Positions 36,650 to 46,800 are shown, counted from the first letter of the stretch. The stretch: 64,000 nucleotides of DNA from Schwartzia sp. (in: firmicutes) (GCA_017383125.1 JAFNYY010000096.1:9026-73025); one strand, 5' to 3'. Notes: generated by a model not told the origin, from the letters alone. Made by a program: numbers and translations.

Positions 36650-38054
36650 TACCGCTGGGCTGAGAAATCAGATGAACCTCTCTTTTCGGGTTGCCGCTGG
36701 GATCAGTACCGCCGGTTCCGGGAGTGCCCGGACTGCTGCCGCCGTTCCCAAGATAATCAGCATAGTTGTAGGTTCCCTTTGCCTGCAGGTCGAGATTGTT
36801 GGCGATAATACTCCCGTAGAAGTTCCAGCCGTTGTCGTTTATGCTGACCTTGGAAGCGTTGGGCGCATAAATAATGCCTCGGAAGGTTGCCCCCTGGTTG
36901 CCCGTCACCCACAGCTCACTGGTTCCCAAATAGCAGTAGATAATCGGTCGGTTAGTATCTACATTGTTGCCCATTTGTATCTTGGGATTGCCTGCATTGT
37001 CCACAATAACATAAAACGGCTTACTGCTGTCACCGGTCAGACCCGTATTGACCTGAAAATCTCCGCCGTTGTTATTCGTGTAGCGGTATCCGTCATAGGC
37101 GGTACCGTTAGTGTTCAGATCAGAGATATTAAAACTTTGGGAGCCGTTTGACGAACCCTGAAAGGTCGTATTGGCTGCCGCAATCTTCTGTGCCTCGGAT
37201 ATGAAGCCGCTGATAGCGGCTTTATTTAATGTGGGGTCGTATGTCGGTTTTGTTATATATCCGGTCAGACTTTCGTTAAGGGCATCCAGTCCGTTGCCGT
37301 TCTGTCCGTACTTCTCCTTCGCCGCATTGTTGAACAGGAAGGAATTGGTGGTGAGACTTCCGGCCAGCAGAATATCTCCGTCATAGAAGGAGGACATCTC
37401 CATTCGCTGGTTCTCACTCTTTGCTTTCTGTACTCCTTCCGCAGTAGTCAGGTCATATCTTTGAAAAATGTCCGGGTTCTGAGTGGAGTTCAGCCCCACC
37501 ATATTTCCGGCAATGGCAAAAAGATTGTTGAAATACTTGAAGCCGCTGTTTCCGCCGTCACCGCCGGTACTGCCGCTGTTATCACCGCCGTTGCCGCCGC
37601 TGGGACTGGATGCGTCACCGACGATGCGGGCATAGGAAATAGCATCTATCTTTATCGAGTCGCCCAGTACCGACCGGAAATAACGCAGTACATAGTAGGG
37701 AGCATCCTGCTTCAGATGTACCCGGTAGTAGAAATGATTGTCCGCTCCCTGCCTTACCTGAGGCGGCGTCATTTCAATTTCGCTTCGCCGACTGTAGTTC
37801 AGCTGAAGGAATTTCTCCGCCATGGAATCCGCATAGGGATGGTCGCTTACCGTCTCCGGATGTTCCGACAAATTAAAATTCCTCGCACCGGCTACGGCTG
37901 AGGCATCCGCCAGATTCTGCAGACGGGAATGCATGGCATACATATTGCTCAGGTCCACAGCGAGACCGGCACAAGCCAGCAGCAACGGTATCATAAAAGC
38001 CGTCAGCAAAAACACTGCGCCCTTTTGCGATTTTAATAGGTTCTGCTGTATCAT
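36630..38054 (-). CDS. tadG: TadG-like pilus-associated protein (Tad N-terminal motif, Gly-rich and beta-rich body)
   Basis: 474 aa. KSQKGAVFLLTAFMIPLLLACAGLAVDLSNMYAMHSRLQNLADASAVAGA is the TadG-type N-terminal domain. A perfect TATAAT lies at 38092-38087 on the minus strand, with GGAG before the ATG. Confidence 0.75.
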   Translation of the reverse strand: MIQQNLLKSQKGAVFLLTAFMIPLLLACAGLAVDLSNMYAMHSRLQNLADASAVAGARNFNLSEHPETVSDHPYADSMAEKFLQLNYSRRSEIEMTPPQVRQGADNHFYYRVHLKQDAPYYVLRYFRSVLGDSIKIDAISYARIVGDASSPSGGNGGDNSGSTGGDGGNSGFKYFNNLFAIAGNMVGLNSTQNPDIFQRYDLTTAEGVQKAKSENQRMEMSSFYDGDILLAGSLTTNSFLFNNAAKEKYGQNGNGLDALNESLTGYITKPTYDPTLNKAAISGFISEAQKIAAANTTFQGSSNGSQSFNISDLNTNGTAYDGYRYTNNNGGDFQVNTGLTGDSSKPFYVIVDNAGNPKIQMGNNVDTNRPIIYCYLGTSELWVTGNQGATFRGIIYAPNASKVSINDNGWNFYGSIIANNLDLQAKGTYNYADYLGNGGSSPGTPGTGGTDPSGNPKREVHLISQPSGITWDED

Positions 38055-38144
38055 TCAATCAACTCCATTTAGGATTTAGTATCTTTATTATACCGCAAAA
38101 ATTTTTCTAAAGATATAAGATTTCCGATAATGTCGCCGCAATTC

Positions 38145-38190
38145 AAAGGGACTGTGAAAAAAATGAATGCTCATTTTTCACAGTCCCTTT
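38145..38190. terminator. Perfect 17 bp hairpin terminator after the EAL gene (member of the ACTGTGAAAAA hairpin family)
   Basis: AAAGGGACTGTGAAAAA (38145-38161) pairs with TTTTTCACAGTCCCTTT (38174-38190) around a 12 nt loop. T-rich sequence follows on the plus strand. Confidence 0.75.
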
Positions 38191-38241
38191 CTTATTTCGG
38201 CTTTTTTGCCGTGTTTTATTTCTTGCCGACTTCACAGCTGG

Positions 38242-41163
38242 TTAGTTCGGTATCATCCGCCGATCGGTAATATCATAAACTATAGCGTAGGCGTTGTATT
38301 CTCCGTTTTCCAGCTTCTCTGCCGTAAGGGAGGCTCCCAGCCAATAATCCTGACCGTCTTTGGAGATGAAGGGATACTCCAGAGAAACCGGCTTGCCGCT
38401 CTGGCTGGCCTGCTTAAAGGCACGAACCATAACATTCTCGGTTTCTCCGCCGACGATTCTCACCAGATCAAGGTCACTCTCGCTGTTATCGTCGTCCTCC
38501 CATCCATTTATCTTATTCAACCAGCTGCTGGCGAAGACAACCTTCAGGTGGTCATCCATCAGCCGATAGCATCCGATACCACCGGCCACATTTTTCAGCA
38601 GGCCGTCCAATGCCACCGCTTTTTCCCGTTCCTTTGTCACATCCGTCATTGCCAGATAAGCAAAATCGCTTTCACCTTCACTGGCTACAACCCGAATTCT
38701 GGCATGAATATACAGAATCCTGCCGTCGGCGTGTATACGGCGGAAGAGACATTCAGTAACGGCGCTGTCATTCTTTGCCCGATGAATGGCTTTCAGCAGT
38801 TTTTCTCTATCCTCCTGGACAACGCGTTCCAGGGCGTCCTGACCGTTTATATTGCCGGCTGCCTGATCGCCGAATATGGCAGAATAGCCCTCGTTTGCCC
38901 TGATAAGCTCCAGCTTCTCTTCCTTGCACTCGTACAGTCCGACACTCTCGTTGACCGTATTCAGCAGAGTAAGTGCCTGGTTGTCCCAGGACAAGAGCTG
39001 ATGACCCATCTCGCAGTCAAGCAGACTGAGAGGGTGAATATCTGCCGCATGAGGCTCGGAAGCAGTCAGCAGCAGCTTCTCGTATTCGTATACGGGAATA
39101 GGACGGGAGTAAAAATATCCCTGTGCCTGATCACAGCCGATGGAACGAAGGAATTCTACCTGCTGATAAGTCTCGACACCCTCGGCGATTACCTGCATCC
39201 GCAGCCACTTTGCCATGCGGACGACGGAATTCAGGATATTTCCTCCGCGGTCGTTTTCTTCACGGCTGTCGAGGAACTTCAAATCAATCTTCAGTACATC
39301 AACCGGCATATCCTTCAGCATATTGAGAGAAGAATAGCCGCTGCCGAAATCATCCATGAGAATCTTGAAGCCGCGCTCCTGCAGGTGCTTCGTTATCTCG
39401 ATAATCTGCTGCGGATTGTCGGTATATGCACTCTCTGTTACCTCCAGGCCGATAAGCTCCCTGGGGATATCATACTTATTAACGATTGCCTCAATGGTAT
39501 CGCAGAAGTCTTCTCTGTAGAAGTCTACGCGGGACACATTGATGGAAATGGGGAAAGCAGGGCATCCCTCATCAAGCCACTTTCTGAGAAGACGGCAGGT
39601 CTCCTCCCAAATGTACTTGTCCAGCTCAAAAATGAAGCCGTTATGCTCGAATACCGGAATAAATTCCAGCGGAGAAATGAGACCGCGCACCGGATGAATC
39701 CAGCGCACAAGAGCCTCTGCTCCTACTACCGAATCATTAACAAGAGAGTACTTCGGCTGCATATAGACGACGAACTCACCCTTCTTCAGGGCGTTTGTCA
39801 TATCATTGATGATTTCCTGCTCATTGACTATGAGGCGGCGCATTGCCTCATCATATTCACTCCAGCCGGTCACCGCGTCATTCTTTGCCTTGCTGAGAGC
39901 AATGCCGGCCCGGTCAATCATGGTAGTAATCGGCATGTGCCGGTCCACTATCCGGTAGATGCCGAAGGCAAGCTCTATGCGGTAGTCAATACTGTAGCTC
40001 AGCGCCATAGTATTCAGGGCAGAAATGAGACGATTTCTCGTCCGGTCATCCGACGGATAGCAAATGATAAACTGGTCCGAATGCAGACGACCGTAGGCAC
40101 AGTCACTTATATTGATATGCTTGAGGAAATCCGCCAAATAGCAGATGATATTGTCTCCGATGCCCTCACCGAAAAGCTCGTTTATAACCTTGAAGCGCTT
40201 GATATCGAAGCGCATCATCTCAAATTCCACATCGGGCTTCTGCACCATGATATCGTGAGCATACTGAGAGAAGGCGCGCTTGTTGTAGATACCGGTCAAG
40301 TCATCGTAGGACAGCTGGCGCATAAGGCTGCGGCCGGTATTCTTCAGCGGCGTAATATTCAGTATAATGCTGTGGAAAACAGGTCTTCCGTCTTCATCCA
40401 CATCCCGACGGCCGCATTCCAGTACCCAGATATATCCGCCGTCAGCCCGGCGCATCCTGTATTCCAGCTGGCAGATACGCCGCCGTCCCATCTGCTTCGC
40501 CGCCAGTTCATTGATGCGCTCCTTATCCTTCTCCGGTATCAGAGTGTCAAGATAGCCGCCGGAAGCCTTTATGAAATCCTCCTCGCTGTAATAGCCGAGC
40601 ATATTCCATAGCTCGGGGGAGGAAATGTTTATTACCCTGCCATCCTCATAGTGATAATTCACATAGGCACAATCGGAATAGCTGGCTACAAGGCTTACCT
40701 CCGCCTTGCTTTCGCTCTCGTCATCCATCTTCTCCCCAAACATCCTGGCACACACCATCCGATATGTTTCCTCATGATGGAGATCTCTAGTGATATGGAC
40801 ACCGGTGAGGCATGCACTCTCACCGGAAAGCCGGTCATCCATCCGATACATGAAAATCAACCGATGGATTATCGGCATCGGCTCACTATCGGTTCTTATG
40901 ACGACTGTTACCAGCACACTTATCTGCCGGTCATCCTCACGATACTTGTAGCTGCTTTTCATCAGCTTGCAGGGCATGATATAGCGAAGCTCCTGCCGCA
41001 GGCACAGCTCCAGGCCCTCCAGACCGGTATAGAAACGCAGAGAATGGGAACCGAAGGTGACAACATCACCGCCGGCCAGCTCCAGCATTCCACCGATATG
41101 ACCCTTGTTGTAAAATGATTCTACCAGCTCTCTGGTGATATCAAGGAGAAGATTGCGATTCAT
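38242..41163 (-). CDS. Multidomain c-di-GMP phosphodiesterase: N-terminal domain, PAS, degenerate GGDEF, intact EAL, two C-terminal PAS-like domains
   Basis: 973 aa. The GGDEF position reads HSDQF (YGRLHSDQFIICY). The EAL signatures are intact: EALVRW, ISINVS, GLEVTES, DDFGSGYSSL, KIDLKF, AEGVET, QGYFYSRP. About 290 aa of PAS-like sequence follow the EAL domain. Confidence 0.88.
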   Translation of the reverse strand: MNRNLLLDITRELVESFYNKGHIGGMLELAGGDVVTFGSHSLRFYTGLEGLELCLRQELRYIMPCKLMKSSYKYREDDRQISVLVTVVIRTDSEPMPIIHRLIFMYRMDDRLSGESACLTGVHITRDLHHEETYRMVCARMFGEKMDDESESKAEVSLVASYSDCAYVNYHYEDGRVINISSPELWNMLGYYSEEDFIKASGGYLDTLIPEKDKERINELAAKQMGRRRICQLEYRMRRADGGYIWVLECGRRDVDEDGRPVFHSIILNITPLKNTGRSLMRQLSYDDLTGIYNKRAFSQYAHDIMVQKPDVEFEMMRFDIKRFKVINELFGEGIGDNIICYLADFLKHINISDCAYGRLHSDQFIICYPSDDRTRNRLISALNTMALSYSIDYRIELAFGIYRIVDRHMPITTMIDRAGIALSKAKNDAVTGWSEYDEAMRRLIVNEQEIINDMTNALKKGEFVVYMQPKYSLVNDSVVGAEALVRWIHPVRGLISPLEFIPVFEHNGFIFELDKYIWEETCRLLRKWLDEGCPAFPISINVSRVDFYREDFCDTIEAIVNKYDIPRELIGLEVTESAYTDNPQQIIEITKHLQERGFKILMDDFGSGYSSLNMLKDMPVDVLKIDLKFLDSREENDRGGNILNSVVRMAKWLRMQVIAEGVETYQQVEFLRSIGCDQAQGYFYSRPIPVYEYEKLLLTASEPHAADIHPLSLLDCEMGHQLLSWDNQALTLLNTVNESVGLYECKEEKLELIRANEGYSAIFGDQAAGNINGQDALERVVQEDREKLLKAIHRAKNDSAVTECLFRRIHADGRILYIHARIRVVASEGESDFAYLAMTDVTKEREKAVALDGLLKNVAGGIGCYRLMDDHLKVVFASSWLNKINGWEDDDNSESDLDLVRIVGGETENVMVRAFKQASQSGKPVSLEYPFISKDGQDYWLGASLTAEKLENGEYNAYAIVYDITDRRMIPN

Positions 41164-41219
41164 AAATATCGCCCCACATTAAATTAATGCCTTAACATAT
41201 AGCTTCCGGCAGTCATCGC

Positions 41220-41966
41220 TCAGACTGCCAGTAAATAGACATCTACATCCCGCCGGCCAAACTGAATTGCCTCGTCGTAGTCTTCGTAACAGAGGTCGAC
41301 AATATCGCCCTCAATCGCTCCGCCGGTATCAGCCGCCAAAGCAATACCATAGCCCGGTACGAAGATTCTCGTGCCTAGGGGAATAACATCCGGATCCACA
41401 GCCGCTATTCCATAGGCCGCAGGGACTCCGGTTGCCGTAATCCCGTCTCCGGTGCCGTCTTCAGGCAGATAGGCCGTCGCCTCCATCAGGCGATGACCGA
41501 TGATAAGGTGAAGACTGCCTGCCTCATCTTTCACATACTGCACACCGGCCTGAACCACCAGATGCGCTCCGCTGCCGGGATGGTAACGGCCAGTTATGGA
41601 AGGATGCCTTTTTACATATTCGATATCCTGCTGCTCTCTTTTCAGCTCGTCAGCAGTTTTGGACTTCAGGATAATTATCATGCCCTTTTTTACTGTCTCA
41701 GTAAGCGGCTCCGACACATGAAACTTGTCCGGATCAATGCCCTCGCGCTTCAGGCACTCGCCGACTGTGATATTTCCTGCTGCGGTAATCTTTCTCTTTT
41801 CACCATCAATCACCAGTTTCAGATGAACAGGCTTCGCTGCCCTTTCGGTGATGACTACCGTCCTGCCTGCTTCCTTCGGAGAGTTCGGAAGTCGGCCGGC
41901 CGATGCTGTGGAACTTAAAAGGAGAGAATAAAGCAAAACCAACAGAAACGCTTTCAAAACCATCAA
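41220..41966 (-). CDS. Secreted 3D-domain cell-wall protein (YabE/MltA-like double-psi beta-barrel) with a DUF348/G5-like module
   Basis: 248 aa with a signal peptide. The C-terminus is GITATGVPAAYGIAAVDPDVIPLGTRIFVPGYGIALAADTGGAIEGDIVDLCYEDYDEAIQFG, with the three conserved Asp. Confidence 0.75.
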   Translation of the reverse strand: MMVLKAFLLVLLYSLLLSSTASAGRLPNSPKEAGRTVVITERAAKPVHLKLVIDGEKRKITAAGNITVGECLKREGIDPDKFHVSEPLTETVKKGMIIILKSKTADELKREQQDIEYVKRHPSITGRYHPGSGAHLVVQAGVQYVKDEAGSLHLIIGHRLMEATAYLPEDGTGDGITATGVPAAYGIAAVDPDVIPLGTRIFVPGYGIALAADTGGAIEGDIVDLCYEDYDEAIQFGRRDVDVYLLAV

Positions 41967-42286
41967 TTATTGCCCTCCTTTTCCAACATCTAAATTATAT
42001 CAAACCATGGTAAATATTGCAATTAAGACAAATCGTACAAACTCTAGGCTCATTTATCCGTTTTTACCCCATTGTTTCTTTGTCTGTTGCGACTATCGTC
42101 CTTAATAACACCTAATCTTCTTTTGATGCGGACCAATCGCAGAAAAGACTTGCAAGTATTTTGTATTTTTGTGCAATTCGGGGAAAATTTTCTCCTGTCA
42201 TGATATAATTTTGTAGGGTGAGAATGTACTAAACCCCTCACTTCCCATCAGCAAATTTTACTTACTCAGACAAGGAGGAAAATAAA

Positions 42287-43567
42287 TTGGATAAGAAACT
42301 CGGTACAATCTGCGTTCAGGGAGGCTACACCCCGAAGAATGGCGAGCCTCGTCAGATTCCTATCATACAGAGCACCACTTTCAAATACGACACCAGCGAG
42401 GACATGGGCAAGCTCTTCGACCTGGAGGCCAGCGGCTACTTCTATACCCGCCTGCAGAACCCCACCAACGACATGGTGGCCGCCCGCATCTGCGCCCTTG
42501 AGGGCGGCAGTGCCGCTATGCTCACCTCCAGCGGTCAGGCTGCTACCTTCTACTCCGTGTTCAACATCGCCGAGTGCGGCGACCATGTTGTTGCCTCCGC
42601 TACCATCTACGGCGGCAGCTACAATCTCTTCGCCGTCACCATGAAGAAGATGGGCATCGAGTTCACCTTCGTTGACCCGGAGTGCAGCGAAGAAGAGCTG
42701 AATGCCGCTTTCCGTCCCAACACAAAGGCTGTATTCGGCGAGACTATCGCCAACCCGGCTCTCACCGTTCTCGACATTGAAAAATTCGCCAAGGCGGCTC
42801 ACGCTCACGGCGTCCCCCTTATCGTAGACAACACCTTTGCCACTCCCATCAACTGCCGTCCCTTTGAATGGGGCGCCGACATTGTCACCCACTCCACCAC
42901 CAAGTACATGGACGGTCACGGCTCCGGCGTCGGCGGCTGCATCGTCGACAGCGGCAATTTCGACTGGATGGCTCATGCCGACAAGTTCCCCGGACTCACT
43001 CAGCCGGACGAAAGCTACCACGGCATTGTTTACGCAGAGAAATTCGGTCAGGGTGGCGCCTATATCACCAAGGCTACCGTTCAGCTCATGCGTGACTTCG
43101 GCTCCATCCAGTCCCCGCAGAACGCCTTCATTCTCGGCCTCGGTCTGGAAAGCCTCCATGTCCGCATGGCAAAGCACTGCGCCAACGGCCTCGCCGTGGC
43201 TCAGTTCCTTGAGAGCCATCCGAAGATTGAAAAGGTCAACTACTGCGGTCTGGAATCCAGCCCCTACCATGAACGGGCCGACAAATATCTCCCCAACGGC
43301 TCCTGCGGTGTCGTCAGCTTCGAGATAAAGGGCGGTCGCCCTGTAGCCGAAAGATTTATGAAGGAGCTGAAGGTCGCTGCCATCGAGACTCATGTCGCCG
43401 ATGCCCGTACCTGCTGCCTCCATCCCGCCAGCGCTACCCATCGTCAGATGAACGATCAGGAGCTTATCGCCTGCGGCATCTCCGCCGGTCTCGTCCGCTA
43501 CTCCTGCGGTCTTGAGGAAGCCGATGACCTGATTGCCGACTTGAAGCAGGCACTTGATAAGGCGTAA
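42287..43567 (+). CDS. metY: O-acetylhomoserine/O-acetylserine sulfhydrylase (Cys/Met-metabolism PLP enzyme)
   Basis: 426 aa with a TTG start after AAGGAGGAA. Patterns include GGYTPKNGEPRQIPIIQSTTFKYD, YTRLQNPTND and HSTTKYMDGHG (the PLP lysine region). Confidence 0.88.
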   Translation: MDKKLGTICVQGGYTPKNGEPRQIPIIQSTTFKYDTSEDMGKLFDLEASGYFYTRLQNPTNDMVAARICALEGGSAAMLTSSGQAATFYSVFNIAECGDHVVASATIYGGSYNLFAVTMKKMGIEFTFVDPECSEEELNAAFRPNTKAVFGETIANPALTVLDIEKFAKAAHAHGVPLIVDNTFATPINCRPFEWGADIVTHSTTKYMDGHGSGVGGCIVDSGNFDWMAHADKFPGLTQPDESYHGIVYAEKFGQGGAYITKATVQLMRDFGSIQSPQNAFILGLGLESLHVRMAKHCANGLAVAQFLESHPKIEKVNYCGLESSPYHERADKYLPNGSCGVVSFEIKGGRPVAERFMKELKVAAIETHVADARTCCLHPASATHRQMNDQELIACGISAGLVRYSCGLEEADDLIADLKQALDKA

Positions 43568-43585
43568 TTAGTGCTATTTACACCC

Positions 43586-43753
43586 AAAGGCTCCCCTCTA
43601 GGGGAGCTGGCGCCGCAGGCGACTGAGGGGTGACAGCAATACGCATTCCTCTATTCACCTCACCCACCGGCTACGCCGGTCCCCCCTCCCCAATGGGGAG
43701 GGTAAATACCTTCCCCTCTGGGGAAGGTGGCTCGCGAAGCGAGACGGATGATG
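43586..43753. repeat. GC-rich hairpin repeat cluster I (unit 1 plus unit 2)
   Basis: Unit 1 (43586-43630) is AAAGGCTCCCCTCTAGGGGAGCTGGCGCCGCAGGCGACTGAGGGG and recurs at 48564 and 48628. Unit 2 (43657-43753) contains CTCCCCAATGGGGAGG and CTTCCCCTCTGGGGAAGG hairpins and recurs inverted at 54278-54368. Confidence 0.85.
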
Positions 43754-43792
43754 TCTATGTCTTGAAGTAGTAACAGCAATACATACACCAAA

Positions 43793-43825
43793 GGGAGGCT
43801 GCTCATCCAGCAGCCTCCCTTTTTA
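43793..43825. terminator. Bidirectional terminator between metY and hsdR
   Basis: GGGAGGCTGCT (43793-43803) pairs with AGCAGCCTCCC (43809-43819) and is followed by TTTTT. An A-rich run precedes it, which suits the opposite strand. Confidence 0.8.
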
Positions 43826-43834
43826 TTCGTCATT

Positions 43835-46800
43835 TTACTTATTTGTCCCCTCTGCTGCTATGCTCATAGTCATATCAGCATTATTATACGATTTTGCCGC
43901 AGCCGCAGTCACCTTCACCGCATTTTCCCGGACGGCTCTCACAGCCTCCAGCAGCTTCGTCCGTATATTCGCATCGAACAGATTGCCGAACGCCACCGGC
44001 CGGTCAAAGGGCGCCTTCTTGAGGGCATCCACATTCTCGATGTAGCCGTTGGCCTCCACATAGCTTATCACCTTCCGCACGAAGGCTATCTGCTTCTGAT
44101 TCAGCGACTCATCGTTGATGAACTCCGAGAAAGCCTCCATCGCCGCCTCGTGATCCAGCTTGGCAATCTTCCTGATGATGAGCCCGAATGGCGTCTCGCC
44201 GTACTCCCTCGCATAGTCCTCCTTCGATCCCAGCTCCTCAGTGAAGACTCTCTCCAGCTCGCTGTAGTCCAGAGCCGTCAGTGCCACATTATGAGTCAGC
44301 TTGTAGATGGCCAGCATATTGCCGTTCTCGTTCACGAAGCGGTTGACCTTCGCCTTGTAATCCTCGAAGTCATAGCCACTGTCGATGGTCTGACCGCCGG
44401 TACTTCCCACCACGGCATCCTTCAGGTCGGTTACGATTATCCTTTTTCCTTCTCCGCCAAGGAACTTTATCAGCCCACGCAGCTCTACCCGTACTCTTTC
44501 CAGCGGCAGTACATCCTTCGCCTCCCAGAAAGCGTCCGTATTTATTTCCTTGATAGTAGACAGCTTCTCATTGACCTGCGGTATCGTCGTCTTTTTCTCC
44601 AGCTCCGAGGCGATGCCACGAAGGTTACTCTGCAATCGCTTGAAGCTCTTTCCCTCGCCCATCTCCGCAAGGATAAGCCCATACATGAGATTGTCAAATC
44701 TCTTCGCCGCTTCGTCGTCGTCATCCATCGTCACGAGGGGCGCGATATGAGTCACCAGCTCGCCCTTATCCGTATCCGACAGACTCACATAAGGCTCCGG
44801 CTGACGATACTTCTCCGCATATCGAAGCTGCAGCCGTACCGCTACCAGCTCTCTGTTCAGCGCCGTCACCTGACCACGGCAGATATCTACCAGCTCACGG
44901 CGCCAGTTCCGATACGCCTCCTCGGTATATTCACCCTCCTGCAGCATAGAGATGAGCCTTATCCGCTTGGCGAAGATACTTTCCGTCAGGGATACAGCCT
45001 CATTGCTTTCATACCCTTCCTTATGCTCACGGAAGAATTCAAAGTTGCCGCAATAGTCGAAGATAAGGAACCACCGCTTGCCGGTGTACTCTCCCGACTC
45101 CTCACTGTTGATAGTATCAATGCAGCTCAAATCCTTGCAGAGGCGGGTACCCCGGCCGATCATCTGCCAGAACTTCGTCTTTGACCGCACCTTCTTGAAG
45201 AAGACGAGATTTACTACCTCCGGCACATCAATACCGGTATCCATCATATCTACCGACACGGCGATATGGGGCGCACTCTCAGCCTGCTTGAAGTCGTCGA
45301 TTATCGTCTGGGCGTAGGAGTCATCGCAGATGACTCGCTGAGCGAAAGTCCCCTTGTACTGAGGGTACAGCTTGTCAAACCGCTTGATGATGAATTCCGC
45401 GTGGCGCTTGTTCTGCGCGAAGATGATAGTCTTCCCCAGCCGGTCGCCGCCAGCCACCTTGATACCGCGCTCCATCAAGTCCTGCAGCACCGTATCCACA
45501 GTATCTTCATTGAAAACGAATTTATTCAGCTCCGCCGAGGGAATCTCCTCCGGCAGCCCGCCGTCCTCGGCGAAATCCTCCTCGAAGCGAGCCTTGTCCT
45601 CCGCCGACAGCTCATCGTAGTTGATGCCTTCCTCAAGGAACTTCAGCTTCACCTCATAGTTGTAGTAGGGCACCAGCACCTTGTCAGCGATGGCCGTCTC
45701 ATAGTCATAGGCGAAGGTGGGGACACCATGCTCCATCTCGAAGAAGTCATAGGTATTCCTGTCCACATCAGTCTTCGGAGTTGCCGTCAGACCCACCATA
45801 TAGGCATCGAAGTAGTCAAAGATAGCCCGATACTTCTTGAAAATGCTCCGGTGACTCTCGTCGATGATGATGAGGTCAAAGTGCGCCGGCGTAAACAGCC
45901 GCTCCCCACTCTCATTCTTCTCCCGGTCGATAGCGTTCAGCATAGTGGGATAAGTGGAAAAAACAATGCGGGCATTCCGGTCGTCCCGATTGGTGCAGAG
46001 ATTGCAGAGGGACATATCCGGCAGATAATTCTTGAAGTCATCCCTCGCCTGCTTCACCAGTGCCGTCCGGTCGGCGAGGAAAAGGATATTCGTCACATAG
46101 CCGCCCCGGCTCAGCACATCCGACAGGCTGGCCGCCGTCCTCGTCTTACCGGTGCCGGTAGCCATGACCAGCAGATTGCGGCGTATGCCCTCCGTGATGG
46201 AGTCGCAGACCGCTCTGATGGCCTCCTTCTGATAGACCCGGTCGGTTATCCTGTCATCTATCTTCACCGTGTTCAGCTTCTGCTGACTGCCCCGGCGATT
46301 CATCAGCTTCTGCAGGTCATCCCGGCTGAATATACTGCTCACCGGACGCTGGGGCCCTGTCAGGTCATCCCAGAAATATGTCTCGAAGCCGTTGGTGGTG
46401 AACATCATGGGGCGGCGGCCGAATTTCTTCTCCAGACAGTCAGCGTAGAGGACAGCCTGCTTCCGTCCCACATTGGGGTCTTTCGCAGTCTTCTTCGCCT
46501 CCACTACCGCCAGCGGCAGACCGTCCCGACCGAACAGCACATAGTCGGCAAAGCCCTGCTGACCGGATATACCGGCCATATCCTCCACCGGGTACTCCTC
46601 CCGGACATCCGCCTCGCTGCCGTCGAGCTTCCAGCCCAGCTCCTTCAGCTCCACATCTATGTACATCTTCCGGGTCTTGAATTCCGATATATCCTCCGGA
46701 TTGAATGTACGCTCCGCCTTCTTCTGCTCCTTCTCGGCGGTGAGCTGAGCCGACATAGCCGCTACCTGACGGCGCAGCTTCTCCAGCTCCGCCTCCTTCT

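Noticed and set aside
38167-40611. An 814 aa plus-strand ORF opposite the GGDEF/EAL gene.
   Set aside because: It lies in the exact antisense frame of a gene with clear domain signatures. Its translation is Leu/Val/His/Ile/Gln-rich with no motifs, and it starts inside a terminator hairpin. Long antisense ORFs are expected when the sense gene avoids the TTA, CTA and TCA codons.
41967-42286. A SAM (S-box) or other riboswitch, or a T-box, upstream of metY.
   Set aside because: I could not find the conserved S-box core or a T-box specifier/antiterminator pattern. An extended -10 (TGATATAAT, about 42199-42207) leaves only about an 80 nt leader. An Rfam scan would settle it.
42199-42286. The GGGTGAG...CCTCAC pairing in the metY leader as an attenuator.
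   Set aside because: Only about 5 bp can pair convincingly and no T-tract follows. The evidence is insufficient.
43586-43753. The possibility that the repeated GC-rich hairpins form a CRISPR array.
   Set aside because: The units are heterogeneous and irregularly spaced, some are inverted, and they are dispersed over four sites. There are no uniform spacers and no cas genes in the window.
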